Shown: positions 20,356 through 30,597 of the stretch, in pieces | Layout of the letters: each line of letters starts with the position of its first letter | Position numbering within the stretch: the first letter of the stretch is position 1 | Source of the DNA: Nitrospinales bacterium | GTDB lineage: Bacteria; Nitrospinota; Nitrospinia; Nitrospinales; VA-1 | NCBI GenBank assembly: GCA_022450865.1 | Contig: JAKUOQ010000003.1 | Coordinates: 1-61,356 of the forward strand | Length of the DNA stretch: 61,356 nucleotides | Reading direction: 5' to 3' | Program-made: the position numbers and the translations under genes | Notes under the pieces: model-generated | Seen by the model: the letters and a program-made list of their open reading frames with translations, nothing else | What the model was told of the DNA's origin: nothing | The model's database searches: none

Positions 20356-23007
20356 TTAACATAAACCTTGCTCTATGGTTTTCAAATGAATTTCAAGCTT
20401 TGCCTGTTTTAAGGAAAGAGATTTCTTTCTCTGCTCGTCCTTTTCGATAATATCAACAGGCGCCTTCTTAACGAAATCCGGGTTGGAGAGTTTCTTATCT
20501 AGAAATATTAGATCTTTTTCAATTTTTTTCAACTCTTTTTCTACACGCTTAAGTTCTTCCTGAAAATCCATCTTCCCTTCAAGGGGGATGATCAGATCCA
20601 TTTCTCCGAGAACCGAAGACGCGGATACCTTGGGCTTTTCAATATTCGGGCCTGTTTCCAACTGTTCCACACGGGCTAATTCCCTGACATATTCCCCGTG
20701 ATATTGTAATGTTTGTTGTATTGCAGAGTTCTGGGTTTTAACTAAAACGTTTAGTTTCAACCCTGGATTCAAATTCATTTCCCCACGGATATTTCTAATA
20801 CCAGTAATGACTTCCATTATCACTGCCATTTCTTTTTCAATCGCTTCATTAGTTTGTGCTTCCCGGTATTCCGGAAACGCGCTTACCATGATGCTATCTT
20901 CATTCTGAGGAAGCTTTTGCCAAATTTCTTCAGTAATAAATGGCATAAAGGGATGTAAAAGCTTGAGGGCTGAGTCCAGAACATGGATCAGCATATTTTG
21001 CGCTGCCACCCTTTGCGACCCGGGATCAACCAACTTAGATTTAGTAAGCTCTATATACCAGTCACAATATTCGTTCCAAATAAATTTATAGACGGTCAAA
21101 GCCGCATCATTAAATCTAAAAGCCTCTAAAGCCTCATTGACGTCTTTCGTGGCCCGATTCAGTCGACTCAATATCCAAAGATCTGCACTTGAAAACTTTG
21201 ACCTTTCATCAAGAGCACAGGAGCCTTTATAGTCCTCCAAATTCATGAATACAAACCGCGAGGCATTCCACAATTTATTACAGAAATTACGATAACCTTC
21301 AATACGATCTTCTGCTAGTTTGATATCTCTTCCCTGAGCAGCAAAAGCGGCAAGAGTAAAACGCAAGGCATCAGTCCCATATTGCTCCATCACCTCTAGA
21401 GGATCAATTACATTTCCCTTGGTCTTGCTCATTTTCTGCCCTTCTGCATCACGGATCAGAGCATGAATATAGACATCGCGAAAAGGAACATCGCCCATGA
21501 ACTTTAAGCCCATCATAATCATCCGGGCAACCCAGAAAAAAAGAATATCGAATCCAGTACAAAGCACCGATGTGGGATAAAAGCGTTTGAGGCTATCGGT
21601 TTTTTCAGGCCAACCTAAAGTAGAAAATGGCCATAAAGCAGAACTAAACCAAGTATCCAGCACATCCGTTTCCTGAACCAGGTCGGTCGAAGAACAAGCC
21701 GAACAGGAGTTTGGTGTCTCCCTTGCGACTACCACTTCACCACAAGCCTTGCAATTCCAAGCTGGAATTTGATGCCCCCACCATATCTGTCGTGAGATGC
21801 ACCAATCACGAATATTTTCCATCCATTCGAAATAGGTATTCTCCCAGAATTTGGGAACTATTTTTATGCTTCCGTCCCGCACCGCTTTCATTGCGGGTTC
21901 GGCGAGAGGCTTAACTTTCACAAACCATTGTTTAGATAAATAAGGTTCCACTACGGTCCGACACCGGTAACAATGACCCACCGAATGGTTTAGGTCTTCA
22001 ATTTTAATCAGGACCCCTGAGTCTTTTAAATTGCTTATCAGTTTTTTTCGGCACTCAAACCTATCCAATCCTTCATAAGTAGGGCTTGCGAGGGAGTTCA
22101 TGGTTCCATCTGGGTTCATGATATTTATTGTTTCTAATTGATGCTTTCTTCCTAATTCGAAATCATTTGGATCGTGAGCAGGAGTCACTTTCAATGCACC
22201 CGTACCAAATGATGTGTCCACATAATCATCTTCAATTAACGGGACTTCACGATTCAAAACAGGCAGAATTAGTTTTTTACCCTTGTATTTCTGATAACGC
22301 TCATCATCAGGATTAACAGCAACCGCTGTATCACCTAACATTGTTTCCGGTCTTGTGGTAGCTATGACCAGAAAATCTTCACTATCTTTAATAGAATATT
22401 TTAAATGATATAAATATCCCTGCGTGTCTTGATGCTCTACCTCAAGGTCGGAAAGTGCTGTATGACAACGCGGGCACCAGTTGATTATATAGTCACCCTT
22501 ATAGATAAGATCTTCTTCATAGAGGCTAACAAAAACTTCACGCACCGCTTTTGACAATCCTTCATCCATTGTAAAACGGTCGCGTTCCCAGTCTAACGAA
22601 CACCCGAGTTTTTTTAGTTGGTTGGTAATGGTTCCGCCAGATTCATTACGCCATTTCCAAACACGCTTGACAAATGCTTCTCTACCCAGATCCTGACGGC
22701 CCGTTCCCTCCTCATGCAGTTGTTTTTCGACAACATTTTGAGTAGCAATTCCAGCATGGTCGGTACCGGGTTGCCATAGTGCATTGCAGCCTTGCATCCT
22801 TTTCCAACGGGTGAGAATGTCTTGAAGGGTATTGTTGAAGGCGTGACCAATATGCAATCGACCTGTGATATTGGGTGGTGGAATGACTATTGAAAATGCA
22901 GGAGACTCCCTGGTTTCATCCGCGTGGAAAAAATTTTTTTCTTCCCAAAATCTTCCCCAGCGTTTTTCAACTTCACCAGGTTCGTATTGTTTGTCTAATT
23001 GAATCAT
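20356..23007 (-). CDS. valS: valine--tRNA ligase
   Basis: PPPNITGRLHIGHA supplies the HIGH motif and KMSKTKGN the KMSKS motif. A C-terminal coiled coil is present. Length is 883 aa. Confidence 0.97.
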   Translation of the reverse strand: MIQLDKQYEPGEVEKRWGRFWEEKNFFHADETRESPAFSIVIPPPNITGRLHIGHAFNNTLQDILTRWKRMQGCNALWQPGTDHAGIATQNVVEKQLHEEGTGRQDLGREAFVKRVWKWRNESGGTITNQLKKLGCSLDWERDRFTMDEGLSKAVREVFVSLYEEDLIYKGDYIINWCPRCHTALSDLEVEHQDTQGYLYHLKYSIKDSEDFLVIATTRPETMLGDTAVAVNPDDERYQKYKGKKLILPVLNREVPLIEDDYVDTSFGTGALKVTPAHDPNDFELGRKHQLETINIMNPDGTMNSLASPTYEGLDRFECRKKLISNLKDSGVLIKIEDLNHSVGHCYRCRTVVEPYLSKQWFVKVKPLAEPAMKAVRDGSIKIVPKFWENTYFEWMENIRDWCISRQIWWGHQIPAWNCKACGEVVVARETPNSCSACSSTDLVQETDVLDTWFSSALWPFSTLGWPEKTDSLKRFYPTSVLCTGFDILFFWVARMIMMGLKFMGDVPFRDVYIHALIRDAEGQKMSKTKGNVIDPLEVMEQYGTDALRFTLAAFAAQGRDIKLAEDRIEGYRNFCNKLWNASRFVFMNLEDYKGSCALDERSKFSSADLWILSRLNRATKDVNEALEAFRFNDAALTVYKFIWNEYCDWYIELTKSKLVDPGSQRVAAQNMLIHVLDSALKLLHPFMPFITEEIWQKLPQNEDSIMVSAFPEYREAQTNEAIEKEMAVIMEVITGIRNIRGEMNLNPGLKLNVLVKTQNSAIQQTLQYHGEYVRELARVEQLETGPNIEKPKVSASSVLGEMDLIIPLEGKMDFQEELKRVEKELKKIEKDLIFLDKKLSNPDFVKKAPVDIIEKDEQRKKSLSLKQAKLEIHLKTIEQGLC

Positions 23008-23235
23008 TCAAAAATTACTGACATCAGAAAAGCTATTACCTCGCTCGGAATTGAAAGTAAATTATGGCATCCCGAAATATGCTTAATTTATTTGAAAGGA
23101 GAGAGAGCTTTGTACCAAAATATTACCGATAAAGAAAGATATTAAACCCCACAATTGGGTTTTCTTCTCCATGGCTTGTTCATATTTAAAATAAAAACTT
23201 TTATTGAATACTCTATCCGTTGGAATAGGGGTTCT

Positions 23236-24360
23236 CTATACCTTTTTGACTTTTTCAATCTCTTCACGGATAACGGATCTGGCAATTTCCGGAGTAATTT
23301 CGCGGATTACCTCCCGAATTGTTTTCACAATAGTTTCCGAAAGACCGGTCATTTCGTTTTGCATAGAAGAATCAAGTAACTTTTCAAGAATATGTTTGAC
23401 CTGCTCTCCAGTGACTTTATCCAAACCGCCGCGACTATTTTCATATTCCCTTTCTTGCAAATGGGAACCTTGATAATGAGTCGACTCAAATGAAGATGAA
23501 CCAGTAATAGAATTCTGGTTTTCATCAATCTCTTCAGCAGGGTGAGGCCGTCTTTCAGACTCTGAAAAAGCTCCGGGCGCTACTCTTTCCAGAGGCTCTT
23601 CCGGCTCAGGAATAATACCTCCTAAAACAGACATCTCTGATTCTTTAATATTGGATGAAGCAACCGATTGCTGTTTTGAATCACCAGCAACAATTTCTTT
23701 GAAGGCAGAATCTAGATCGTCCGGATTTTCCCTCTTTCTCGGTTGTACTTCAGCATAAACGTCTTCTGAAAAAGTTTGCTCTTCCATTTCTGGTTCTTCA
23801 ACCTCAGCAAGCAGGGGGGCATCCTCAATGTCTTCTATGAGTCCCTCAGTATCCAAAATTTCTTTGGAGTCGATGGAAAGTTTTTCGACAGACTCTAGAA
23901 GTTCTTCCAGGCTGGGTACGCTATCATTACTTGGTCCTTCTTCGGCAATATTTTCTTGCAATGCTGGCTCATCTGCATCCTCTGTCGTGTCGCCTTCTTC
24001 CATAACCCGTGTCACCATTTCAACAATGTCAACAGACTTAAAGGGCTTGGAAATGTGGTTTTCAGCCCTACATTTTTTAAAGAGCTCCTCATCAAAACAT
24101 TCAAAATCGCTAGCAAGAAGCATTACTTTTATATTTTTAAGATCAGATGCTCCTTTTATTTTTTTACATAACTGAAATCCATTAAGCCCAGGCATATCCA
24201 CATCTGCTAAAACTATGTCCGGTTTAAACTCTGGAATCCTATCAAAGGCTTTTTGTCCATCTCCGATGCCCTCTACTTCTGCATCTTCGTTTTCAAAAGC
24301 CATCGCAACAATTTTCTGAATTGTAATACTGTCATCAGCTACAAGGATTCTAACAGTCAT
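23236..24360 (-). CDS. response regulator: receiver domain + ~190-aa acidic disordered linker + short conserved-looking C-terminal helix
   Basis: The REC motifs are ILVADDS, LADVDMPGLNG and ISKPF. A very acidic E/D/S/P-rich region follows. The protein ends ETIVKTIREVIREITPEIARSVIREEIEKVKKV. Confidence 0.85.
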   Translation of the reverse strand: MTVRILVADDSITIQKIVAMAFENEDAEVEGIGDGQKAFDRIPEFKPDIVLADVDMPGLNGFQLCKKIKGASDLKNIKVMLLASDFECFDEELFKKCRAENHISKPFKSVDIVEMVTRVMEEGDTTEDADEPALQENIAEEGPSNDSVPSLEELLESVEKLSIDSKEILDTEGLIEDIEDAPLLAEVEEPEMEEQTFSEDVYAEVQPRKRENPDDLDSAFKEIVAGDSKQQSVASSNIKESEMSVLGGIIPEPEEPLERVAPGAFSESERRPHPAEEIDENQNSITGSSSFESTHYQGSHLQEREYENSRGGLDKVTGEQVKHILEKLLDSSMQNEMTGLSETIVKTIREVIREITPEIARSVIREEIEKVKKV

Positions 24361-24706
24361 AAAAATATATCCAATAGTATTTTAGGCGGGCACATAAAGT
24401 AAAAAATAATTGGTCTTTCAAACCGATTGAGGTATTTCAATTAAGATTTTTGCAAAAATATTGCAGAAAGATAAAAGAAAATGTCCGGTTTGTTATTTTT
24501 CCTCTTAATTCAGATGCAAAAATCAAATAGCTAAGGGGTGTATTCTCAACTGTTTAAGTATATCATATTTTATAAGGACATTATAAAATTTAAGATCAGA
24601 AATTTAATTGGTTACTTAACTTAAGTAAATAATCTGAATTAAAATCCATTGATTAACGGCACTTAATTACTAAAAGTTGTCGTTGGTTAGGAGAAACCTT
24701 AGCCTG

Positions 24707-26506
24707 ATGCCTTTTCATCTACTTAGATATTCAAAGCTCTATCGTTGGGGTTCGTTGCTATTATTTTGGTTTACATTGACTTTTCCCTCTCTGTCTTTCG
24801 CTACTTACATGCAACTCGATGGAATCGCAGATATTAAAACTAATTTCAGTAATGGCTGTGCATCCATAAAAGATATTGCCAAGCAATCGGAAAGGCTTGG
24901 AATTGACGCTGTTATTTTTGGTGACTATGCCAGAAATTCAATTGAGTTCGGTCCCAAACCCTTTGAGCGCATATTTAAAAATAAGACGGAAGGCCCTTCT
25001 GTACTTGGACGTGGTGCTTCGGGCTTCATATCTGAAATCAAAGATAATGATCGTCAGATTAAAGAAACCATTCTCATACCTGGTGTAGAAACCAGTCCTT
25101 TTTATTATTGGTCCGGCAGTAATTATGATGGAAACCTGACCGCACATAATTGGGATAAGCACCTTTTAATTGTGGGCTTGTCTACCGCACCAGAATACGA
25201 GCAACTGCCTCTTCAAAATAGCAATTTCTCTTTAAATTACACCGATCCGCTACTACAACAATTCATTATAATGGGGTTCTTGTTTATGGTGAGTGTTGCG
25301 GCAGTATACAAGGGATACGTTCGTGCTTTAACTGCTCCTCTGATGGTCTTATTCCTTTTAATGACCTTCAACAATCATCCATTTCAAAGTTCGCCTTTCG
25401 ATGCCTATCATGGTGATCAAGGAATGAAACCCTATCAAAACATGATCGACTATGCGAATTCGAAAGGAGCAATGGTTTTCTGGAATCATATGGAAAGTAA
25501 TTCTGGCATTCGCCGGCATGGAACAACTAAGCTGAAAACACTTCCATATCCTGAGGACTTGCTGAAAACAAAAAATTATACCGGTTTTCAGGTAATCGGT
25601 GATCATCAAATTCAGCAAATAGAAGCAGGACAACAATGGGATCAGGTTCTTATGGAATACTTACGGGGTCAACGCCAAAAACCCGTATGGGGATACGGCG
25701 GCAACAACCACCTATGCGAAGATCAGAACGACAATAAATTAGGATCAGTAAGAACTGTTTTTCTTGTTCGCGAAAAAAAACGCGGCACCCTTTTAGACGC
25801 CATGAGAAAAGGCAGGATGTATGCCGTCAGACAAAATGCTGCCAACCGATTGTCTCTAGATGAGTTCTTCATTGAAGATCAAAAAACTGGCCGACAAGCA
25901 ACCCTGGGGCAAGAGCTGACCTTAACCGATTTTCCTACCCTAAAAATTAAACTAAGATCTATCAAGGGTGAAAATAATACTGCACAAATTCAAATCATAC
26001 GAAACGGTATACTGGCAAAACAGGAAACCGTGTCCTTACCCTATAAATTAACGTGGAGAGATATCAGCAACAAACAAGGGGAACGCGCCTATTACAGGAT
26101 CAAAGTCTCTATCAATTCAATAGAGCATTTGGTTTCTAATCCCATATTCGTCAAATTTTCAGATTCCAGTAATGAAGTTGTACCTTTACCGCCTTTTACC
26201 CAAAAACCCACACCTACTCCTCCAATAATAAAATCTGCTGCACCTCCAAACTCAATGTTGGTGGACCCCAAAAAGTTTTTAAAAGTTATAGTGGATGGTG
26301 CTGCTCTTCGAAAAGGCCCTGGAACTGTTTTTCCGCAAATCGCGAAATTGGGTGAGGGAGTCGAACTTGAATTCATACGGCGAACAAATATCGAGTTCAA
26401 CAATAAAAGCTGGCTTGTCGTCAAACGCGGTAATCGCTCTGCGTACATTTGGGAAGGGGTTGTTAAGTGGGTAAAGACTCAACCTGCTAATATGGAAACC
26501 AAATAG
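24707..26506 (+). CDS. membrane-anchored PHP/CehA-like domain protein with C-terminal SH3b domain
   Basis: I prefer the ATG at 24707, with AGGAG at 24689-24693. The track ORF starts at a TTG at 24677. The signal-like N-terminus ends SLSFA. The PHP-like order is DGIADIKTNFSNG...GIDAVIFGDY...IPGVETS...WNHMES...GYGGNNH. Two internal TM helices are present. The SH3b-like tail is VIVDGAALRKGPGTVFPQIAKLGEGVELEF...WLVVKRGNRSAYIW. Confidence 0.6.
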   Translation: MPFHLLRYSKLYRWGSLLLFWFTLTFPSLSFATYMQLDGIADIKTNFSNGCASIKDIAKQSERLGIDAVIFGDYARNSIEFGPKPFERIFKNKTEGPSVLGRGASGFISEIKDNDRQIKETILIPGVETSPFYYWSGSNYDGNLTAHNWDKHLLIVGLSTAPEYEQLPLQNSNFSLNYTDPLLQQFIIMGFLFMVSVAAVYKGYVRALTAPLMVLFLLMTFNNHPFQSSPFDAYHGDQGMKPYQNMIDYANSKGAMVFWNHMESNSGIRRHGTTKLKTLPYPEDLLKTKNYTGFQVIGDHQIQQIEAGQQWDQVLMEYLRGQRQKPVWGYGGNNHLCEDQNDNKLGSVRTVFLVREKKRGTLLDAMRKGRMYAVRQNAANRLSLDEFFIEDQKTGRQATLGQELTLTDFPTLKIKLRSIKGENNTAQIQIIRNGILAKQETVSLPYKLTWRDISNKQGERAYYRIKVSINSIEHLVSNPIFVKFSDSSNEVVPLPPFTQKPTPTPPIIKSAAPPNSMLVDPKKFLKVIVDGAALRKGPGTVFPQIAKLGEGVELEFIRRTNIEFNNKSWLVVKRGNRSAYIWEGVVKWVKTQPANMETK

Positions 26507-26523
26507 CATGTATCTCATGAAAC

Positions 26524-28509
26524 CTAAGGTTTTAATTTTTTTTGGATTTCTTCAATAGACAGGGTCAGCTCATCCCACTCTTTTATTAAAGTTTGTTCTT
26601 CACCGTTAAGATTTCGCTGCTGTTCCATAGTTTTCATCAAACGATCTTTTTGATCCGCCTCATAAATACCGGAATCAACAAGTTCCGACTGAAGTTTTTC
26701 GTTTTCTACCATTAAAGTCTCCAAACGTTTCTCCACTTCTTCCAACCGAGCCTCTAACGGTTTTAAGTTTTTATAGCGCAAGTTCCGCTCTTCCGCCTCT
26801 TTCCTTTTTCTTTCCTTTTCCAATGTAGAACTGGTTGATACATTTTTTTCGACACGTCTTGCTTGATCCTTTTCTTCTACCAACTCGTCTTTTGATTTAG
26901 CATATTCATATTCACTATAGTTTCCGTCGTATTCACGCACTTTTCCGTTGCAAATATCCCAAACTTTATTAACGAAACCATCGAGAAAAAATCGGTCATG
27001 CGAAATGATCACAAGGCTCCCTTCATAATCGGAAAGGACAGCAGCAAGGTGTTCTCGTGAACGAATATCGAGATGGTTGGTCGGCTCATCCAACAAAATT
27101 AATGAAGGTGGCGCTGAAGCCTCGGAATCTGTTGGCAACGAGGACTTATTCCAAGATGCAGCTTTGCCACAAAGCATTCGGGCTAAAGCCAATCGGGATT
27201 TTTCACCTCCCGACAATACCGAAACTTTTTTCTCAACATCGTCTCCGGAGAACAAAAATGCACCGAGAATGTTTCGTTGTTGAGTCCGTAAAAGACCAGA
27301 AGCCGACTCCTGCAAAGATTCTAAAACGGTATGACTAAAATTCAGCAATTCCCCCTGATGCTGCGCAAAATAAGACCGGGAAACTTTAACACCTTGCCTC
27401 ACTTCCCCGCTATCAGGGGGGAGCACACCTGCCATCATTTTAAGCAGTGTTGATTTTCCCGCTCCATTTTCGCCTGCTAAAGCTACTTTGCATCCCCTTT
27501 CTAGTGTCATGGAAAAATTCTCATACACTTTCAAAGCACCGTAATATTTAGTCACTTTATCCATCTCCAAAACATTCCGTCCCGTTCTCACCGGTTGTGG
27601 AAACCTAAAATGAATCGACTTAGTATTTTTAGTGGTTTGTACCCGCTCTATTTTATCCAGCATTTTTATCCTGCTTTGCACTTGCGTCGCTTTTGTATTT
27701 TTGGCGCGGAACCTTTCTATAAATCGCTCCACCTCCGCAATACGCCTACTTTGATTTTCCGCCTGCGACTCGAGTTGTGCTCGTTGACTTTCCTTTTGCT
27801 TTTCATAGTCATCATAATTGCCTGAATAGACAGTTAATCTCGCTCGATCCAATTCAAAAATACGGGTAGAGAGTGTATTAAGAAATTTCCTGTCATGGGA
27901 AATTAGAATGATACTGCCCTCATATGATTGCAAAAAAGATTCCAACCAGACAACCGACTGTAAATCGAGATGATTTGAAGGTTCATCAAGAAGCAATACA
28001 TCAGGATGCTGTAGTAAGATTCTCGATAACTCTACCCGCATGCGCCAGCCTCCGGAAAGTTGGTTCAATGATTTCTCCCACTGCCCTAACTTGAAACCTA
28101 ATCCCTGAAGAATAATTTTTGCCCTTGCTTCACGATCATAACCACCAAGCCGCTCAAATTCATGCTGCAACATACCGTAACGATCCTGAAATTTTTGATC
28201 CGCTTCCAGCTTTTCCATTTCTTTTTTCACTTGCAAGAAGTGAGGATCACCTAGAACCACTCTTTCTAACACCGATTCGTCGCCCCCTTCCTGATCCTGC
28301 TCCAGTAAGCCATAACGTAGGCCTTTCCTTAATGTCACTTGTCCAGAATCCAAAGGCTCACTGCCAGTAACGACTTTAAACAACGTAGTTTTGCCAGTAC
28401 CATTTTCGCCAATCAGTCCAACCTTTTCCTTGGGCCGTAAATGAAAACTCACATCTCGAAAAATGATCTTTGAACCAAACTGTTTATTTATCTTCTCAAC
28501 AAATATCAA
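26524..28509 (-). CDS. ABC-F family ATPase (Uup-like, with C-terminal coiled coil)
   Basis: There are two ABC cassettes: GENGTGKTT/LSGGWRMRV/LLLDEPSNHLD and GENGAGKST/LSGGEKSRL/LILLDEPTNHLD. No TM domain is present and the tail is a K/E-rich coiled coil. I place the start at the TTG at 28509 (LIFVEKINKQFG...). The track ORF extends to a GTG at 28575. Confidence 0.88.
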   Translation of the reverse strand: MIFVEKINKQFGSKIIFRDVSFHLRPKEKVGLIGENGTGKTTLFKVVTGSEPLDSGQVTLRKGLRYGLLEQDQEGGDESVLERVVLGDPHFLQVKKEMEKLEADQKFQDRYGMLQHEFERLGGYDREARAKIILQGLGFKLGQWEKSLNQLSGGWRMRVELSRILLQHPDVLLLDEPSNHLDLQSVVWLESFLQSYEGSIILISHDRKFLNTLSTRIFELDRARLTVYSGNYDDYEKQKESQRAQLESQAENQSRRIAEVERFIERFRAKNTKATQVQSRIKMLDKIERVQTTKNTKSIHFRFPQPVRTGRNVLEMDKVTKYYGALKVYENFSMTLERGCKVALAGENGAGKSTLLKMMAGVLPPDSGEVRQGVKVSRSYFAQHQGELLNFSHTVLESLQESASGLLRTQQRNILGAFLFSGDDVEKKVSVLSGGEKSRLALARMLCGKAASWNKSSLPTDSEASAPPSLILLDEPTNHLDIRSREHLAAVLSDYEGSLVIISHDRFFLDGFVNKVWDICNGKVREYDGNYSEYEYAKSKDELVEEKDQARRVEKNVSTSSTLEKERKRKEAEERNLRYKNLKPLEARLEEVEKRLETLMVENEKLQSELVDSGIYEADQKDRLMKTMEQQRNLNGEEQTLIKEWDELTLSIEEIQKKLKP

Positions 28510-28616
28510 AGGGCACCCTAAATGCAATAGGTCTATATATTTCTGTTCTATATCGAATACTCGATATACCCACACCCGTAGGTGATGAAATTACAAAGAC
28601 TAAAATGAATTTGAAG

Positions 28617-29588
28617 TCAGGTTGTTGTTTTGAGTTTCGGATTAAATGCTTCACGTAAGCCTTCGCCGCACAAATTAAATGCAAGCACGACTAAAAGAAT
28701 TGTAAAACCTGGAATGAATGTGAGCCAGGGCGCATCAAACAGAAAGTTTCTTCCATCTGAAAGAATATTACCCCAGGTCGCATCAGGAGGCTGCACACCA
28801 AAACCAAGAAAGCTTAAAGCCGACTCGGTAAGAATTGCCGAAGCAACACCAAGTGTTGCAGAAACTAGCACGGGAGCGATTGCGTTGGGAACCATATGAA
28901 TAAAAATGATACGCCATTCGGGAATGGCCTGGCTTCGGGCTGCAGCAACAAAATCCTGATCGCGAAGAGACAAAAACTCGGCTCTCACGAAACGTGCTGT
29001 CCCCATCCAACTGGTCAACCCTATCACAATCATAATGTTATAAATGCTGGGGGGTAATAAAGCCACTACCGTAAGTATTAAGAAAAACGTGGGGAAGCAG
29101 AGCATTATATCAACAAACCGCATGATGATCGTATCAACCGTAATAAATCCCACCTTTACCCGACCATAATACCCTGCGATACCGCCAAAGAAGATTCCTA
29201 CTGTTAACATAATACCTACTGCAACAAACCCCACGCTCAACGATACTGAAGTTCCTTCCAGCATTCGCGCAAAAACATCGCGCCCCAACTCATCGGTACC
29301 AAACAAATAAATACCAAAAGTTGGCGCATTTTCCTTTGGAGTTATCGTGCTTGTGAACGCAGTCAAGGGCGGTAAAAACTTTTCTGAAAGACGTACTATT
29401 TTGGGATCAAAAACAACAATGTATCGGGTCAATAATTTCCCAAAAAATGCCAATACCAATAAAGACATAAGAAACCAAAAACTGGCATAGGCCATTCGGT
29501 CCCTCTTGAGAATATCCCAGCGTTCTTGAAATATCCCTTTTGAGGGTGGCAAAGAATCCGTTTCTAAAGTCGTTTTCAATTCGGTCAT
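28617..29588 (-). CDS. ABC peptide/nickel-type transporter permease (OppC/DppC family)
   Basis: About six TM segments and an EAA-loop region (FVAAARSQAIPEWRIIFIHMVPN). The gene is adjacent to an OppB-type permease. Confidence 0.85.
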   Translation of the reverse strand: MTELKTTLETDSLPPSKGIFQERWDILKRDRMAYASFWFLMSLLVLAFFGKLLTRYIVVFDPKIVRLSEKFLPPLTAFTSTITPKENAPTFGIYLFGTDELGRDVFARMLEGTSVSLSVGFVAVGIMLTVGIFFGGIAGYYGRVKVGFITVDTIIMRFVDIMLCFPTFFLILTVVALLPPSIYNIMIVIGLTSWMGTARFVRAEFLSLRDQDFVAAARSQAIPEWRIIFIHMVPNAIAPVLVSATLGVASAILTESALSFLGFGVQPPDATWGNILSDGRNFLFDAPWLTFIPGFTILLVVLAFNLCGEGLREAFNPKLKTTT

Positions 29589-29598
29589 ACCTTAACCA

Positions 29599-30576
29599 TT
29601 AAAATTTTATTCGTGGGTCCACCACGGCATAAAGAATGTCTGAAACCAACGTGCCCACAAGAACCAGAATAGCTGTCATAAAGTTAAGTGTTAAAATTAT
29701 GGGAAAGTCTCTGGCCAATATAGCTTCGTAGCCAAGTCTCCCCATTCCTGGCCAGGAAAAAATTTGTTCAAAAATAACTGAACCACCTATGAGACCCGGA
29801 ATGGTCAAACCAAACATCGTGATGAAAGGCAATAATGCGTTACGCAATCCATGACGATAAATAACCTGATCTTCAGGCAACCCTTTTGCACGAGCCGTAC
29901 GTATATAGTCCTGATGAATAACTTCCAACATTTGTGATCGAACATAACGCGATAAAACTGCCGTGCCTGCAATTGCAGACATCAACGCAGGAATGGTCAA
30001 ATGCCATATACGATCCATCGTTTGGAATAAAAATGTCGCTCCGTCTAATCCAAAAGTCCGCATTCCTAGAACAGGAATATTAAAAGTCTTCACCATAAAA
30101 ATGATTACTAAATAAGAAAGGAAAAATCCAGGAATAGAAATTAAGGCATAAGAAAGGAAAGTACTGGATCGATCAAAGCTTGAATCGCGGAAAACCGCCG
30201 CTCGAATACCTATTGGAAATGCCAAACACCAGGTTATAAAAGTTGCTATTAAAAACAGTGGGAGAGAATTGAGGAACTTTTCCCATATTTTCCCCATGAC
30301 CGGTTGATTGTCCTTAAAAGATTTCAATTCCCCCGTAAACAGATCTCTCACCCAATAGACATATTGAATATGCAGGGGCTCATCCAAATGAAAGGCTGCT
30401 CGTATGCGCTGGATGTCTTCCGGTTTCATGCGAGGGTTAGAGGGATCTACAAGAGCTGGCTCGCCCGGTGCCAAGTGAACGATCGCATGCGAAATGATAG
30501 AAATAAATATTAGCAGGATGATTCGCTGCCACAAATTGCGCAAAATAAAATTGATCACTATTGGCTCTACCGTCAA
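29599..30576 (-). CDS. ABC peptide/nickel-type transporter permease (OppB/DppB family)
   Basis: The EAA loop is DYIRTARAKGLPEDQVIYRHGLRNALLP. The N-terminus, FILRNLWQRI, is family-typical. An alternative GTG start lies at 30558. Confidence 0.85.
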   Translation of the reverse strand: MTVEPIVINFILRNLWQRIILLIFISIISHAIVHLAPGEPALVDPSNPRMKPEDIQRIRAAFHLDEPLHIQYVYWVRDLFTGELKSFKDNQPVMGKIWEKFLNSLPLFLIATFITWCLAFPIGIRAAVFRDSSFDRSSTFLSYALISIPGFFLSYLVIIFMVKTFNIPVLGMRTFGLDGATFLFQTMDRIWHLTIPALMSAIAGTAVLSRYVRSQMLEVIHQDYIRTARAKGLPEDQVIYRHGLRNALLPFITMFGLTIPGLIGGSVIFEQIFSWPGMGRLGYEAILARDFPIILTLNFMTAILVLVGTLVSDILYAVVDPRIKF

Positions 30577-30597
30577 TAAGAAGTTATACTTTCTAAC

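Noticed and set aside
23008-23235. T-box or other leader upstream of valS, and the hairpin AAACCC-N7-GGGTTT at about 23147-23166
   Set aside because: There are no T-box specifier or antiterminator features. The hairpin is short and lacks a clear U-tract, so at best it is a weak terminator for the response-regulator gene.
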